Virus genome (UHGV): UHGV-0177523
DNA from: a virus
DNA length: 45,150 bases
Reading direction: 5' to 3' (one strand)
A program made the position numbers and the translations under genes. Positions 16,639 to 25,869 of this stretch are shown here, one piece after another; position 1 is the first letter of the stretch, and every line of letters starts with the position of its first letter. The notes under the pieces were generated by a model, which had not been told where the DNA came from, did no database searches, and worked only from the letters and a program-made list of their open reading frames with translations.

Positions 16639-17445
16639 ATGGCTCGCGATTTTGACTTTGGTGCTGATGTAGCAACTGGCGGTGGTAAGGTATTCAAGAA
16701 CCCAGAGGTGGGTCCACATGATGCCATCCTCGGCGCGGTTATTCACGTCGGCAGTTACCAGGATGTCTTTGTTAAAGGCTCAGCTCGTGAAGAGAAGAAG
16801 CCCGTTAACTACGTCCTTCTCCAGGCCATCCTTATGGGTGATGAAGACTTCAACGAAGATGGCTCCCGCATGGAAGCTTGGCGCGCTGTTGGTCTCAAGT
16901 CTGGTGACAAGGCTGAGCTGACTGTGCTCATGAATGCACTGGACCCGCAAGAGAAACTTAGCGGCTTCGACGACTGCATCGGTATTCCGTTCATTGCCAC
17001 AATGAAGGGATCTGACGACAAGGGCGAAGATGGTCTCCCGCTGTACGTCAATTGGGCAAGCAAGGGATTCTCCGGTTGCCCTGGCAAACTGGCTAAGCTG
17101 GTGTCTGCCTCGGTAGAAGAGGAAGGCATTAAGACTATTGGTCATGTCAAGTTTAACGACATCACCAAGGAAGTCCTTGATGCAATCCCGGCACACATGG
17201 TTCGTCAATACTTCATGTCTGAGCACAAGCATGGTGCTAAGAACCTGTCGGTGCCTGGCTCGCACGTCGAAGGTATCATTGCGGCTGCCCGCGAAGCTGA
17301 CCCTAAATGGAAGGCCCCGGCAGACAAAGATGCCAAGCCGGATGACAAGAAGCCGCTGGATACTGGTGCCACTGTGCCAGCCCAGGATGTGCCGCCTGCT
17401 GAGAACGTGCCAGCGCCGGATATGGATGAAGGAGCGGAATACTAA
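16639..17445 (+). CDS. Putative ssDNA-binding/replication protein
   Basis: 268 aa with a Pro/Asp-rich flexible tail ending DMDEGAEY (acidic, terminal aromatic residue as in T7 gp2.5); strong RBS; lies in the replication module. Confidence 0.55.
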   Translation: MARDFDFGADVATGGGKVFKNPEVGPHDAILGAVIHVGSYQDVFVKGSAREEKKPVNYVLLQAILMGDEDFNEDGSRMEAWRAVGLKSGDKAELTVLMNALDPQEKLSGFDDCIGIPFIATMKGSDDKGEDGLPLYVNWASKGFSGCPGKLAKLVSASVEEEGIKTIGHVKFNDITKEVLDAIPAHMVRQYFMSEHKHGAKNLSVPGSHVEGIIAAAREADPKWKAPADKDAKPDDKKPLDTGATVPAQDVPPAENVPAPDMDEGAEY

Positions 17446-17660
17446 TGAAGGTAAAATACGTTCGTGTCAGCCTTAAGAATGAAGCGACCGGGAAGTATGC
17501 CACCGACTTCATCTTTGATGAGAGCATGTTTGGCGTCGATGACCTCCACATCATCACCCGCGAAGGCTTCGTAACCGTTAATCACCTGGGCAGTGACGGC
17601 ACCCGCCATGGCAAGACCTGGCCTGCCTCGTCTGTGCAAGAGATCACCACTGTCCTGTAA
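17445..17660 (+). CDS. Hypothetical protein
   Basis: TAATG coupling. Confidence 0.75.
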   Translation: MKVKYVRVSLKNEATGKYATDFIFDESMFGVDDLHIITREGFVTVNHLGSDGTRHGKTWPASSVQEITTVL

Positions 17661-17884
17661 TGCGTAAACACCCGGTAACACCCCTTCCCTATCAATGGCG
17701 AAGGTACATATCAAGCTAGGCCAGGCAACATAGATGGTCACCTAACACAATCCTGTGTAATGGCATACGCCTAGTAACAAAGAGTGTAACCTTGAAGATT
17801 ACCAGCAGCGACCGCTCAGATGGTTAAGTCCTGTGACTGACGATTGTCCGGGCTGGGGTCTTCCCGATTTACATTCTCCACTTT

Positions 17885-17904
17885 TAATAGTGGCGAGTAT
17901 AGAA
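17885..17904 (+). promoter_or_regulatory. Phage RNAP promoter (consensus)
   Basis: TAATAGTGGCGAGTATAGAA. Confidence 0.9.
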
Positions 17905-17951
17905 GAGTAAAACCGCAATTCTGCGAATCAACCCAAATGGAGAACCAATAA

Positions 17952-18335
17952 ATGTTTACTATTGAAACTATTTCTAACCGTGTTGTTAAAGCTGGCAAAC
18001 TGGTAACCGAAACCTCTTTCATCATCGTTGACGCTTCCGGCGCCCTGGTCGCGGGTACCAAAGACTACGCGACCCAGGAAGAAGCACAGGCGAAGATCGA
18101 CGGCCTGGGCAACCTGGCGGAAGGCCTGGCGTTCGCACAAGCGCAATTCCCTGGCATGGCTGACAAAGCCCAGCTGGGCAAGGCCAACGTGGTCGCCGCG
18201 TATCTCGACTGGATCGCCGCTGGCAAGCCTGTGAAGACCGCGGAAGAAGACACCGCCGCCCCGGAAGATTCCCCGGCTGCTGATGCCTCCGAGCCTGCTC
18301 CCGCTGCTCCGGTTACCGAAGCAGAAGAGTATTAA
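17952..18335 (+). CDS. Hypothetical protein with an acidic Ala/Pro tail ending EAEEY
   Basis: Has its own promoter and RBS GGAG. Confidence 0.8.
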   Translation: MFTIETISNRVVKAGKLVTETSFIIVDASGALVAGTKDYATQEEAQAKIDGLGNLAEGLAFAQAQFPGMADKAQLGKANVVAAYLDWIAAGKPVKTAEEDTAAPEDSPAADASEPAPAAPVTEAEEY

Positions 18336-18408
18336 TTCGATCTGATCACCGCCGGGTCATTGAGGTTCCTCGGTGACCTAGGTTGTTACTTAATAAATGG
18401 AGAGTAAC

Positions 18409-18822
18409 ATGTCTATCCGTCAACGTGACACCAATCGTAAAGAGCTGGTCAAGGCTATCATTCGTCAGAATGGTGGTCGTATCTTCACCGTCATTGCCAA
18501 GCGCAAGGAGCCGAAGGTCTCTTATGTGAATGAGGATGATGTTTCAATCAAACCCTCTGAGTTTAAGAAACTGAGTGAAGATGAGCAGCAATGGTATAAG
18601 CCAGTTGTTGAGCACTTCATGGAGATGACCTGCCGCACTGGCGTTAAGAAGGACCTGAAAGGTGGTGCCAGCACTATTGCGCATCACGATGATTTGATCA
18701 GTGTGAACCTCACCAATGGTAAGGGCTACCGCTGCTTCTCTGCATATAACGTGCTGGAGATTCGTGCTGGTGGCACAGTGATTAAATTCAAAGAGGAAGA
18801 TGTGTTATCCTTTAATCAGTAA
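18409..18822 (+). CDS. Hypothetical protein
   Basis: Start placed after RBS GGAG. Confidence 0.75.
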   Translation: MSIRQRDTNRKELVKAIIRQNGGRIFTVIAKRKEPKVSYVNEDDVSIKPSEFKKLSEDEQQWYKPVVEHFMEMTCRTGVKKDLKGGASTIAHHDDLISVNLTNGKGYRCFSAYNVLEIRAGGTVIKFKEEDVLSFNQ

Positions 18823-18828
18823 CAACCT

Positions 18829-18865
18829 GCCCGTCTGAGCCTGATGCTTGGGCGGGCTTAATTTT
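18829..18865 (+). terminator. Putative rho-independent terminator
   Basis: GCCCGTCTGAGC-CTGAT-GCTTGGGCGGGC-TTAATTTT. Confidence 0.6.
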
Positions 18866-18890
18866 CGTGATATCCATTGGAGATAAATAA

Positions 18891-19214
18891 ATGAGCCGTG
18901 ATATCCTAACGTACCTCACCTACACAATAGAGTACGACGCACTGTATCGTGCCTATCGGGTCTGGGTCTATGACAGAAGCACCTTGGAGTGCTACCTGGA
19001 AACCACCGTACCTAGTCATGACAAGGATTTTGTGATGTGCCCAGATGAGTGGGTAGAGGCTTGGATTTACAATAATGTAATGGAGGTTTGGCCTACATGC
19101 GAGTCCACTTTGAATATGGAGCTGAGGTCACGGAGGACGATAACCTCATCCTGTGGCCAACTGACGGTAACAGAGTTGCCCTCATTGACGGTGACATGCT
19201 CCCGTACATCGTAG
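18891..19214 (+). CDS. Hypothetical protein
   Basis: RBS GGAG; the 3' end overlaps the exonuclease gene. Confidence 0.65.
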   Translation: MSRDILTYLTYTIEYDALYRAYRVWVYDRSTLECYLETTVPSHDKDFVMCPDEWVEAWIYNNVMEVWPTCESTLNMELRSRRTITSSCGQLTVTELPSLTVTCSRTS

Positions 19215-20131
19215 GGTATACAATCAGCGAGCTGACATGGGTCCGAGCAAACACCCGTATCAAGCATGGTCAGTTCGCAACCCTGGAAGAGACCCCGGAA
19301 TGCAAGTCTGCCTGTGACCGTATTAACTCCATCCTCAATATGTGGGTGCGTGGGGCTAAGTGTGATGCTGCCAAGATTTTCATGACAGACTCACCTAAGA
19401 ACTTCCGTATCAACCTTGCATTCACCGATGAGTACAAGGGCGGTCGTGCCTCGGAGAAGCCTCCTTTCTTCTATCAGATGAGGGAGCACCTTCGGGTTGT
19501 ACACTCTGCCATCGTAAGTGATGGGGATGAGGCGGATGACCTGATGTCTATCGAGCAATGGAAAGGTCACAATGCATTTCGGAAAGAGGCCGGGGCTGAC
19601 TTCGTAATCGGGTCACCTATGCATCGTGAGTTTAGCAACACAGTCATTGTGTCTGCTGACAAGGATTTGATGATCGTCCCAGGTTGGCACCTGCAACCCG
19701 GTAAAGGTGCAGAGCTGAAATGGGTTGACGAAATGGGTTGGTTAGAGTTGCGGCGGAAAACTGACGGCTCTGTCAAAGATCTTAAAGGCGCTGGCCTTAA
19801 GTTCTTCTATGCCCAGATGATCATAGGTGACAACGTCGATAACTACAAGGGTATCCCTCGGAAGGGACCCAAGTTTGCCTTCGACTTATTGGACACCTGT
19901 CGTGATGAGAAAGAACTCTTCATGGCAACACTCGGGGCTTACAAGAAGCACTACGGCGATGGCACGGTACTCCTCAAGAACTACCGAGGTGGTTACAAGG
20001 AAGGCCGTGCAGTTGACTTGATGCTGGAGTGTGGGCGACTTGCTCACATGGCGCAATACCCTGGTGACATCTGGCGAGAAGCTAAAGGCCGCATGACATG
20101 GGGTAATGATGACACATGGCTATCAAGCTAA
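19097..20131 (+). CDS. 5'-3' exonuclease (T7 gp6-like)
   Basis: ALIDGD, EADD, SADKDL and GDNVDNYKGIP; start placed at the ATG 10 nt after GGAGG. Confidence 0.93.
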   Translation: MRVHFEYGAEVTEDDNLILWPTDGNRVALIDGDMLPYIVGYTISELTWVRANTRIKHGQFATLEETPECKSACDRINSILNMWVRGAKCDAAKIFMTDSPKNFRINLAFTDEYKGGRASEKPPFFYQMREHLRVVHSAIVSDGDEADDLMSIEQWKGHNAFRKEAGADFVIGSPMHREFSNTVIVSADKDLMIVPGWHLQPGKGAELKWVDEMGWLELRRKTDGSVKDLKGAGLKFFYAQMIIGDNVDNYKGIPRKGPKFAFDLLDTCRDEKELFMATLGAYKKHYGDGTVLLKNYRGGYKEGRAVDLMLECGRLAHMAQYPGDIWREAKGRMTWGNDDTWLSS

Positions 20132-20517
20132 AAGAGAAAGAGGTAGATGAGTATAAGCTTTTACTGCTTAACGCTCAGGGCTGGAAGTGCCCACTGTGTG
20201 GCGGGAGCCTAAAGGCGGTTGCGCCCAAGAACCGGGTGCTTGACCATGACCACGACACAGGTTTCTGCCGGGCAGTTATCTGTCGAGGTTGCAATGGGGC
20301 AGAGGGTAAAGTTAAATCCGTGGTGGAAGGCTATGGCAAGGCTGGCAACAGTCTGCACTTCCGCATTGAGTGGATTAAGAACCTCCTGGCCTATTGGGAA
20401 AAGCACAAGGTGCCGCAGACTGACCGCTTGTATCACAAGCATAAGACACCTGCGGAGTTAAGAGAGGCGCGCAATCGCAAGGCACGTCTTGCATATGCAG
20501 CAAAGAAGGGAGGTTAA
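20116..20517 (+). CDS. Endonuclease VII-like Holliday junction resolvase
   Basis: CPLC...LDHDHDTG.CR..IC.GCN..EG. Confidence 0.92.
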   Translation: MAIKLKEKEVDEYKLLLLNAQGWKCPLCGGSLKAVAPKNRVLDHDHDTGFCRAVICRGCNGAEGKVKSVVEGYGKAGNSLHFRIEWIKNLLAYWEKHKVPQTDRLYHKHKTPAELREARNRKARLAYAAKKGG

Positions 20518-21525
20518 GTGGGTAAGCTACGCTCATTGTTTAAAGACTCAGATGTCAAAGGGGCTATGACGCAAGCTACCGACGGTGCTGGTAATGTTAA
20601 CTATAACGAGATGGCTGCTATCCTGTCGGATATGCCTCAACAGGCTCCAGTCACTCGCCAGCTCGCGCGGTATTGGGCCAAACAGTTCGAGGTGCATAAG
20701 AAGAACGGCGACGACTATCAGTCTCTGGTTCAAGCAAATCGAGCTATCAAAGAAGAACGTGAAGTGCGCAGCCCTGACAGGTATGAAGATTTGGCTACTG
20801 TACCACTGCCTGAGTCGGCTCATCGAAGTGTACTGGTAATCCCGGACACCCACGCCCCGTATGAACACCCGGACACCCTGGAGTTCCTGGCGGCTGTGGC
20901 AGCTCGGTATCGCCCGGATACCGTGGTACACCTGGGGGATGAGGCAGACAAGCACGCCATGTCATTCCATGACTCAGACCCAAACCTGGATAGTGCAGGT
21001 AAGGAGCTGGAGCGTGCCCGTGTCTTCATGCGTAAGTTGCACGCTATGTTCCCGGTGATGCGCCTGTGTCACTCCAATCATGGCTCCATGCATTTCCGTA
21101 AGGCTAATGCACATGGTATCCCGGTGCAGTACCTGCGAACCTACCGTGAGGTATTCTTCCCGGATGGCAGCGGGCAGCGCTGGGAGTGGCGACACACCCA
21201 CACCTTACGCCTACCTAACGGTGAGCTGGTTTCCTTTAAGCACCAACCAGCAGGTGCCGTGCTTACCGATGCAGCTCACGAGCGTACCCACCTCATCTGT
21301 GGTCATTTGCATGGCAAGATGTCCATTGAGTATGCCCGCAATACCCGCGAGCAGTATTGGGCGGCGCAAGGTGGTTGTCTGGTGGATGAGGAATCCAAGG
21401 CCTTCGCCTATGGCAAGGAGTCTAAGTATAAGCCAGCCCTTGGTTGCATCGTCATTGTCGACAGTGTGCCGCAGGTTGTCCCTATGCAGACAGACCTTGA
21501 AGGCCGCTGGGTCGGCAAGTTGTAA
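20518..21525 (+). CDS. Calcineurin-like metallophosphoesterase
   Basis: Motifs DTH, GDEAD, SNH and GHLH. Confidence 0.88.
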   Translation: MGKLRSLFKDSDVKGAMTQATDGAGNVNYNEMAAILSDMPQQAPVTRQLARYWAKQFEVHKKNGDDYQSLVQANRAIKEEREVRSPDRYEDLATVPLPESAHRSVLVIPDTHAPYEHPDTLEFLAAVAARYRPDTVVHLGDEADKHAMSFHDSDPNLDSAGKELERARVFMRKLHAMFPVMRLCHSNHGSMHFRKANAHGIPVQYLRTYREVFFPDGSGQRWEWRHTHTLRLPNGELVSFKHQPAGAVLTDAAHERTHLICGHLHGKMSIEYARNTREQYWAAQGGCLVDEESKAFAYGKESKYKPALGCIVIVDSVPQVVPMQTDLEGRWVGKL

Positions 21526-21622
21526 TACTGGCGAGTATAGAACAGAGGGTCACACCATTCATACATGATTGTATGTTTAATCCGAGGGAGGTGAGGTGTG
21601 GCCCTCAATTGTATACCCGTAA
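21523..21622 (+). promoter_or_regulatory. Phage promoter + expanded hairpin cassette, copy 3
   Basis: TAATACTGGCGAGTATAGAA-CAGAGGGTCA[46 nt]TGGCCCTC-AATTGTATACCCGTAA. Confidence 0.85.
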
Positions 21623-21641
21623 ATAAATTATTGGAGGTAGC

Positions 21642-22016
21642 ATGATTCAAGACTATTGGGAAAAGCCCGATCCGGTGGATGTCTCACCAGACGATAACTA
21701 CGTACCTCGTGTCAACCCAGCCACCCAGGCTGGCGTCAAGGCCGACAAAGGTAAGCCACGTCTTGGCCTGGTGCTGGTAGAAGTCCCACATGCATTCGAG
21801 AAGCTCGGCACATTGCTTGGCTTCGGGGCTGACAAGTATGCCGTTGGCAATTGGGATAAAGTCCCAGAAGGGGAGATGCGCTACCTGGATGCACTGATGC
21901 GTCACCTCACCCAGCACCACAAGGGTAAGAAGGTAGACCCAGAGTCTGGTGAGCTTCACCTGGCCCACGCAGCGGTTAACATCATGTTCCTCCTGGATAA
22001 GGAGTTACGCAAATGA
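21642..22016 (+). CDS. DUF5664-type dATP/dGTP diphosphohydrolase domain protein
   Basis: K.DKGKPRL.L...GA.KY...NW...RYLDALMRHL...D.ESG..HLAHA..N..FL. Confidence 0.8.
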   Translation: MIQDYWEKPDPVDVSPDDNYVPRVNPATQAGVKADKGKPRLGLVLVEVPHAFEKLGTLLGFGADKYAVGNWDKVPEGEMRYLDALMRHLTQHHKGKKVDPESGELHLAHAAVNIMFLLDKELRK

Positions 22017-22141
22017 GCCTCAGCGGTCTTATAGCAAATTACTTTTATTGCAAGAAGTGTGGTGAGCGGCCAACTCTGTGTGGTTTCTCCGGTAGCTATT
22101 ATTGGTGGTGCCACAAGTGCTCCAAAGAGGTGACCAAATGA
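22013..22141 (+). CDS. 42-aa zinc-ribbon microprotein (CKKC...CHKC)
   Basis: RBS AAGGAG; ATGA overlaps on both sides. Confidence 0.65.
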   Translation: MSLSGLIANYFYCKKCGERPTLCGFSGSYYWWCHKCSKEVTK

Positions 22142-22332
22142 AATTCATCGTTAAGATCACTTTTGCCCCAGGTGAGGTAGGTTATTACCTTGAGGCAGGG
22201 CAAGGCAGCACACCAAACAGGAACGAGGCTGCAATCTTTGACAGCGAAGTTGTTGCACGCGACAAGCGTTTAAACTTCAAGCGCTGGTTGGACAAGAGCT
22301 GCGTAAGGGTAATCCCGGTAGGTGACCTATGA
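22138..22332 (+). CDS. Hypothetical protein (MKFIVKITF...)
   Basis: RBS GAGGTG; ATGA overlaps. Confidence 0.7.
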   Translation: MKFIVKITFAPGEVGYYLEAGQGSTPNRNEAAIFDSEVVARDKRLNFKRWLDKSCVRVIPVGDL

Positions 22333-23282
22333 ATATCTTTGAGTTCCTGGGCCTATCTTGGGACCACCGCAACCACCCGGTGCAGTTGGTTAAGCACATG
22401 GAGGAAGTCCCAGAGAGCAAGCGGCAATTGCCACTGTATGCCCAGGTAAAACGTGATGGTATCTTTAGTGCCACTGTGGTTCGTCATGATGGCGAGGTTG
22501 GTATCTTCGGGCGTACAGGTAAGAAGCTCCGCAATGTTGAGCACCTTGAGTCTCGGTTCTCCTGCCTGCCAGCTGGTGTATATCTGGGTGAGCTACAGTC
22601 TATGGCTGTGGATATCTACCTTGAAGCCTTGTCTGGTGTTGTTAACCCAGAGCGAGTCAATGAGCTTGACTTTGTAGGCCAGCAAATCAAAGATGAGCTG
22701 TATGTTGACTTCTTTGATATGGTCACACTGTCAGACTTCATAGGTGGCGTTGCGGTTGCACCATTTACCAAGCGTCATGCTGGTCTGGTCAAGCGCTTCC
22801 ATCTTTACCTTCAAGGCGGGTGCAAGTATGAGTCTGTGTTGCCAATCACCAAATGCAATACTTGGGAAGAGGTTGAAGCCTTTGCCAAGGAGCACATTGA
22901 TGCTGGTCGTGAAGGTGCCGTCTTCAAGCGTGATGTTGATTGGGAGGCAGGCCACAAAGGTTGGCGTCAGATGAAGATTGTGCGCACAGTTGCGTATGAC
23001 CTTCGCTGCATTGGCTGGGAAGAAGGTAAAGGCAAATATACAGGTAAGGTAGCAAACCTTATCTTCAAGTGGCATGGCACTCAGAAAGTGAAAGCTATGC
23101 TGGGTAAGGGTTGGTCTCATGAAGATGCAACCCGTATGTATAACGAGATTAAGAATGGCGGCGAACTTAATGTAATCGGTCGCATCTTCACTGTCTATGG
23201 TCTGCAAGACTCCAGCAAAGGGAAGATTCGACTTCCTAAAGTTGGCGAGCTGCGGCATGATAAGGAGGACGCCGATGCGTAG
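22329..23282 (+). CDS. ATP-dependent DNA ligase
   Basis: Adenylation motif KRDG, plus GEL, EGAVFK and the C-terminal R.P...R.DK. Confidence 0.93.
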   Translation: MNIFEFLGLSWDHRNHPVQLVKHMEEVPESKRQLPLYAQVKRDGIFSATVVRHDGEVGIFGRTGKKLRNVEHLESRFSCLPAGVYLGELQSMAVDIYLEALSGVVNPERVNELDFVGQQIKDELYVDFFDMVTLSDFIGGVAVAPFTKRHAGLVKRFHLYLQGGCKYESVLPITKCNTWEEVEAFAKEHIDAGREGAVFKRDVDWEAGHKGWRQMKIVRTVAYDLRCIGWEEGKGKYTGKVANLIFKWHGTQKVKAMLGKGWSHEDATRMYNEIKNGGELNVIGRIFTVYGLQDSSKGKIRLPKVGELRHDKEDADA

Positions 23283-23466
23283 TTTAGATTCAATGCGAGC
23301 CACACGGGCCGTTGAGGTAGCTGAGGCTATCTTCGAAAGCCTGTCGTGTGGCATGGAGCCAGGTTACAATCTCCTGGCAGATGCTGAGGAACTCGGGTTG
23401 TCTGTTGAGGCAATCCGGGAGAAAGTGGAAGAGATCTACGGAGTAGAAGATGAAGACTCCGAATAA
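23275..23466 (+). CDS. Small acidic hypothetical protein
   Basis: RBS AGGAGG; start corrected to MRSLDSM. Confidence 0.7.
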   Translation: MRSLDSMRATRAVEVAEAIFESLSCGMEPGYNLLADAEELGLSVEAIREKVEEIYGVEDEDSE

Positions 23467-23626
23467 GAAAGCCTATATGAACGAGGAAGCCTATCGCCTC
23501 CTTGTTGATAACATCCTCCGCCCGAGCGCACCTAGCGTCACCAAGACGCACGAGCAGCTTGTGTGGGATGAATGTAAGCGGCACATCCTTGCCTGTATCG
23601 AACACAACATACAGGTGAATGCATGA
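23450..23626 (+). CDS. Hypothetical protein, 58 aa (MKTPNKKAYMNEEAY...)
   Basis: RBS GGAG; ATGA overlap with the GNAT gene. Confidence 0.6.
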   Translation: MKTPNKKAYMNEEAYRLLVDNILRPSAPSVTKTHEQLVWDECKRHILACIEHNIQVNA

Positions 23627-24084
23627 TAAGACCCGCTTGCCTTCTGGATGTACCAGCGATTATCAACCTTGGTAATCGTTACGTTGAGCAAGAGGTCAAG
23701 ACTGTGGGCCACCATTCGGCAAGATGGAATGCAGCTGAGAGTGCCCACCATCTTGCCTTGGCAGTCTCCCATGAGGCCCTGTTCTTGCACGTAGCTGTGC
23801 GAGATAATGAGGTTGTTGGTTTCTTATGGGGCGGCACTCACATGCTTGCCCCGTGGGATTTAACCTTAGTTGCCAGCGATTACCTGTTCTACGTAACCCC
23901 AGAGTTCCGTGGTACAGCTGTCGGCATGGGTCTGATTAAGGCCTGGCGCAATTGGGCTGAGTCTCAAGGTTGCAAGGAAGTAAGACTGTCTCTGGCCTCT
24001 GGTATCAATGAGGAGCGTGTCGGTAAGATGTATTCCCTGCTTGGGTTTTCACCATTCGGCACTGTGTACAATCACAAGTTTTAG
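23623..24084 (+). CDS. GNAT-family acetyltransferase
   Basis: MIRPA...D...I, YVTPEFRGTAVG..L and Y..LGF motifs. Confidence 0.88.
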   Translation: MIRPACLLDVPAIINLGNRYVEQEVKTVGHHSARWNAAESAHHLALAVSHEALFLHVAVRDNEVVGFLWGGTHMLAPWDLTLVASDYLFYVTPEFRGTAVGMGLIKAWRNWAESQGCKEVRLSLASGINEERVGKMYSLLGFSPFGTVYNHKF

Positions 24085-24092
24085 GAGACAAG

Positions 24093-24299
24093 ATGAGTAT
24101 TGTCAACAAGGCATTCAAGGCTGTTGGGTTGGCTTCAAAGACACCTACCCTTGAAACCAAAGTACCTGCCCAGCAGCTTGAGCGGCAAGCAGAGGTTGGT
24201 GCGGATGCAGTCACTATCGGTGCCGATGACTCCAACAGTGTTGGCGGTAAAGGCAAGCGTAGCCTGGTTCGTCCGGTAGCCTCCAGTCTGGGGGTGTAA
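24093..24299 (+). CDS. Small virion/tail assembly protein (T7 gp7.3 position)
   Basis: Immediately before the portal; C-terminal GKRSL. Confidence 0.65.
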   Translation: MSIVNKAFKAVGLASKTPTLETKVPAQQLERQAEVGADAVTIGADDSNSVGGKGKRSLVRPVASSLGV

Positions 24300-24300
24300 T

Positions 24301-25869
24301 ATGGACATCCGTGGCGGGGCTTCATATAGCGGTAAGAAGAGTAAGATCCCGGAACTCTGGGAGAAACTCTCCCGCAAGCGTAATGAGTTCCTGGACAGGG
24401 CCAAGCACTACGCAAGGCTTACCCTTCCCTACCTGCTCAACGAGCCTGGTAACAATGAGTCAGCCCAGAATGGCTGGCAAGGCACAGGAGCACAGGCAAC
24501 GAACCACCTGGCTAACAAACTGGCACAGGTATTGTTCCCTGCCCAGCGATCATTCTTCCGTGTTGACCTTACGGTTAAAGGTGAGAAGGCGCTGCTTGAG
24601 CGGGGCTACCAGAAGACCAAGCTTGCCACGGTGTTCGCTAAGATAGAGACACAGGCCATGAAGGCACTAGACGCTCGGCAATTCCGCCCTGCGGTAGTCG
24701 AGGCCTTTAAGCACCTTCTGGTTGCTGGCAACTGCATGCTGTACAAACCAGTTAAGTCTGCAAACGACCCAGCTGGTCCTATCAGCTGCATCCCGATGCA
24801 TCATTATGCTGTCCAGCGGGATACCAACGGTCAGCTCATGGACATCATCCTGCTGCAAGAGAAGGCTTTACGCACCTTCGAGCCTGCCCTGCGTGCTGCC
24901 ATTCAGGCGGCAAGACGTGGTAAGCAGCTCAAGGATAGCGATAATGTGAAGCTCTATACTCACGCATGCTATGAGGGTGATGGCTTCTGGAAAGTGCAGC
25001 AGTCGGCAGATGATTTGCCAGTTGGCAAGTCTAGCCGGGTCAAGACGGATAAGCTTCCGTTCATGGTGCTTACCTGGAAGCGGTCCTATGGTGAGGATTG
25101 GGGTCGTCCTTTATGTGAGGATTACTCTGGAGACCTCTTTGTCATCCAATTCCTGTCTGAGGCAGTGGCGCGTGGCGCTGCGCTTATGGCAGACATCAAG
25201 TACCTGATTCGTCCAGGTGCTCAAACTGATGTGGAACACTTCGTTAACTCTGGCACTGGTGAGGTAATCACGGGTGTTGAGGAAGACATCCACATCGTCC
25301 AGCTCGGCAAATACGCTGACCTTACACCCATCGATGCAGTGTTAGAGAAGTACGTCCGAAGGATTGGCGTAGTCTTCATGATGGAGTCTTTGGTAAGGCG
25401 AGATGCTGAGCGCGTGACTGCCTTAGAGATTCAACGCGACGCTATGGAGGTGGAGCAGAGTCTGGGTGGTGCGTACTCGTTGTTCTCTGTAACGATGCAG
25501 CAGCCGATGGCTATTTGGGGTTTGCAGGAGAATGCTGGGTCCTTTGGCTCAGAATTCATCGACCCGGTAATCATCACAGGTATCGAGGCATTAGGTCGTA
25601 TGGCTGAGCTGGATAAGCTTGCTCAATTCTCAAACTATATGAACCTACCTACTACCTGGCCTGAGTGGGCACAAGCTGCGGTTAAGCCCATCGAGTATAT
25701 GGATTGGGTCCGTGGTCAGATATCAGCTGACTTCCCATTCCTCATGTCCGAAGAGGAAGCCTCGGCTGCTGCGGAGCAAGAGCAGGAACAACAAGCAGAC
25801 CAAACACTCAATGAAGGTGTGGCACAGGCCATCCCTCAAGTCATTAACCAAGGTTTACAGGAGTTATAA
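24301..25869 (+). CDS. Head-tail connector (portal)
   Basis: 522 aa; motifs NHLANKL...LFP, GEDWGR and RDAERVTA.EI. Confidence 0.95.
   Translation: MDIRGGASYSGKKSKIPELWEKLSRKRNEFLDRAKHYARLTLPYLLNEPGNNESAQNGWQGTGAQATNHLANKLAQVLFPAQRSFFRVDLTVKGEKALLERGYQKTKLATVFAKIETQAMKALDARQFRPAVVEAFKHLLVAGNCMLYKPVKSANDPAGPISCIPMHHYAVQRDTNGQLMDIILLQEKALRTFEPALRAAIQAARRGKQLKDSDNVKLYTHACYEGDGFWKVQQSADDLPVGKSSRVKTDKLPFMVLTWKRSYGEDWGRPLCEDYSGDLFVIQFLSEAVARGAALMADIKYLIRPGAQTDVEHFVNSGTGEVITGVEEDIHIVQLGKYADLTPIDAVLEKYVRRIGVVFMMESLVRRDAERVTALEIQRDAMEVEQSLGGAYSLFSVTMQQPMAIWGLQENAGSFGSEFIDPVIITGIEALGRMAELDKLAQFSNYMNLPTTWPEWAQAAVKPIEYMDWVRGQISADFPFLMSEEEASAAAEQEQEQQADQTLNEGVAQAIPQVINQGLQEL

Noticed and set aside
17790..17860. 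tRNA-like element
   Set aside because: No cloverleaf or TTCGA T-loop; no tRNA gene is evident in the window.
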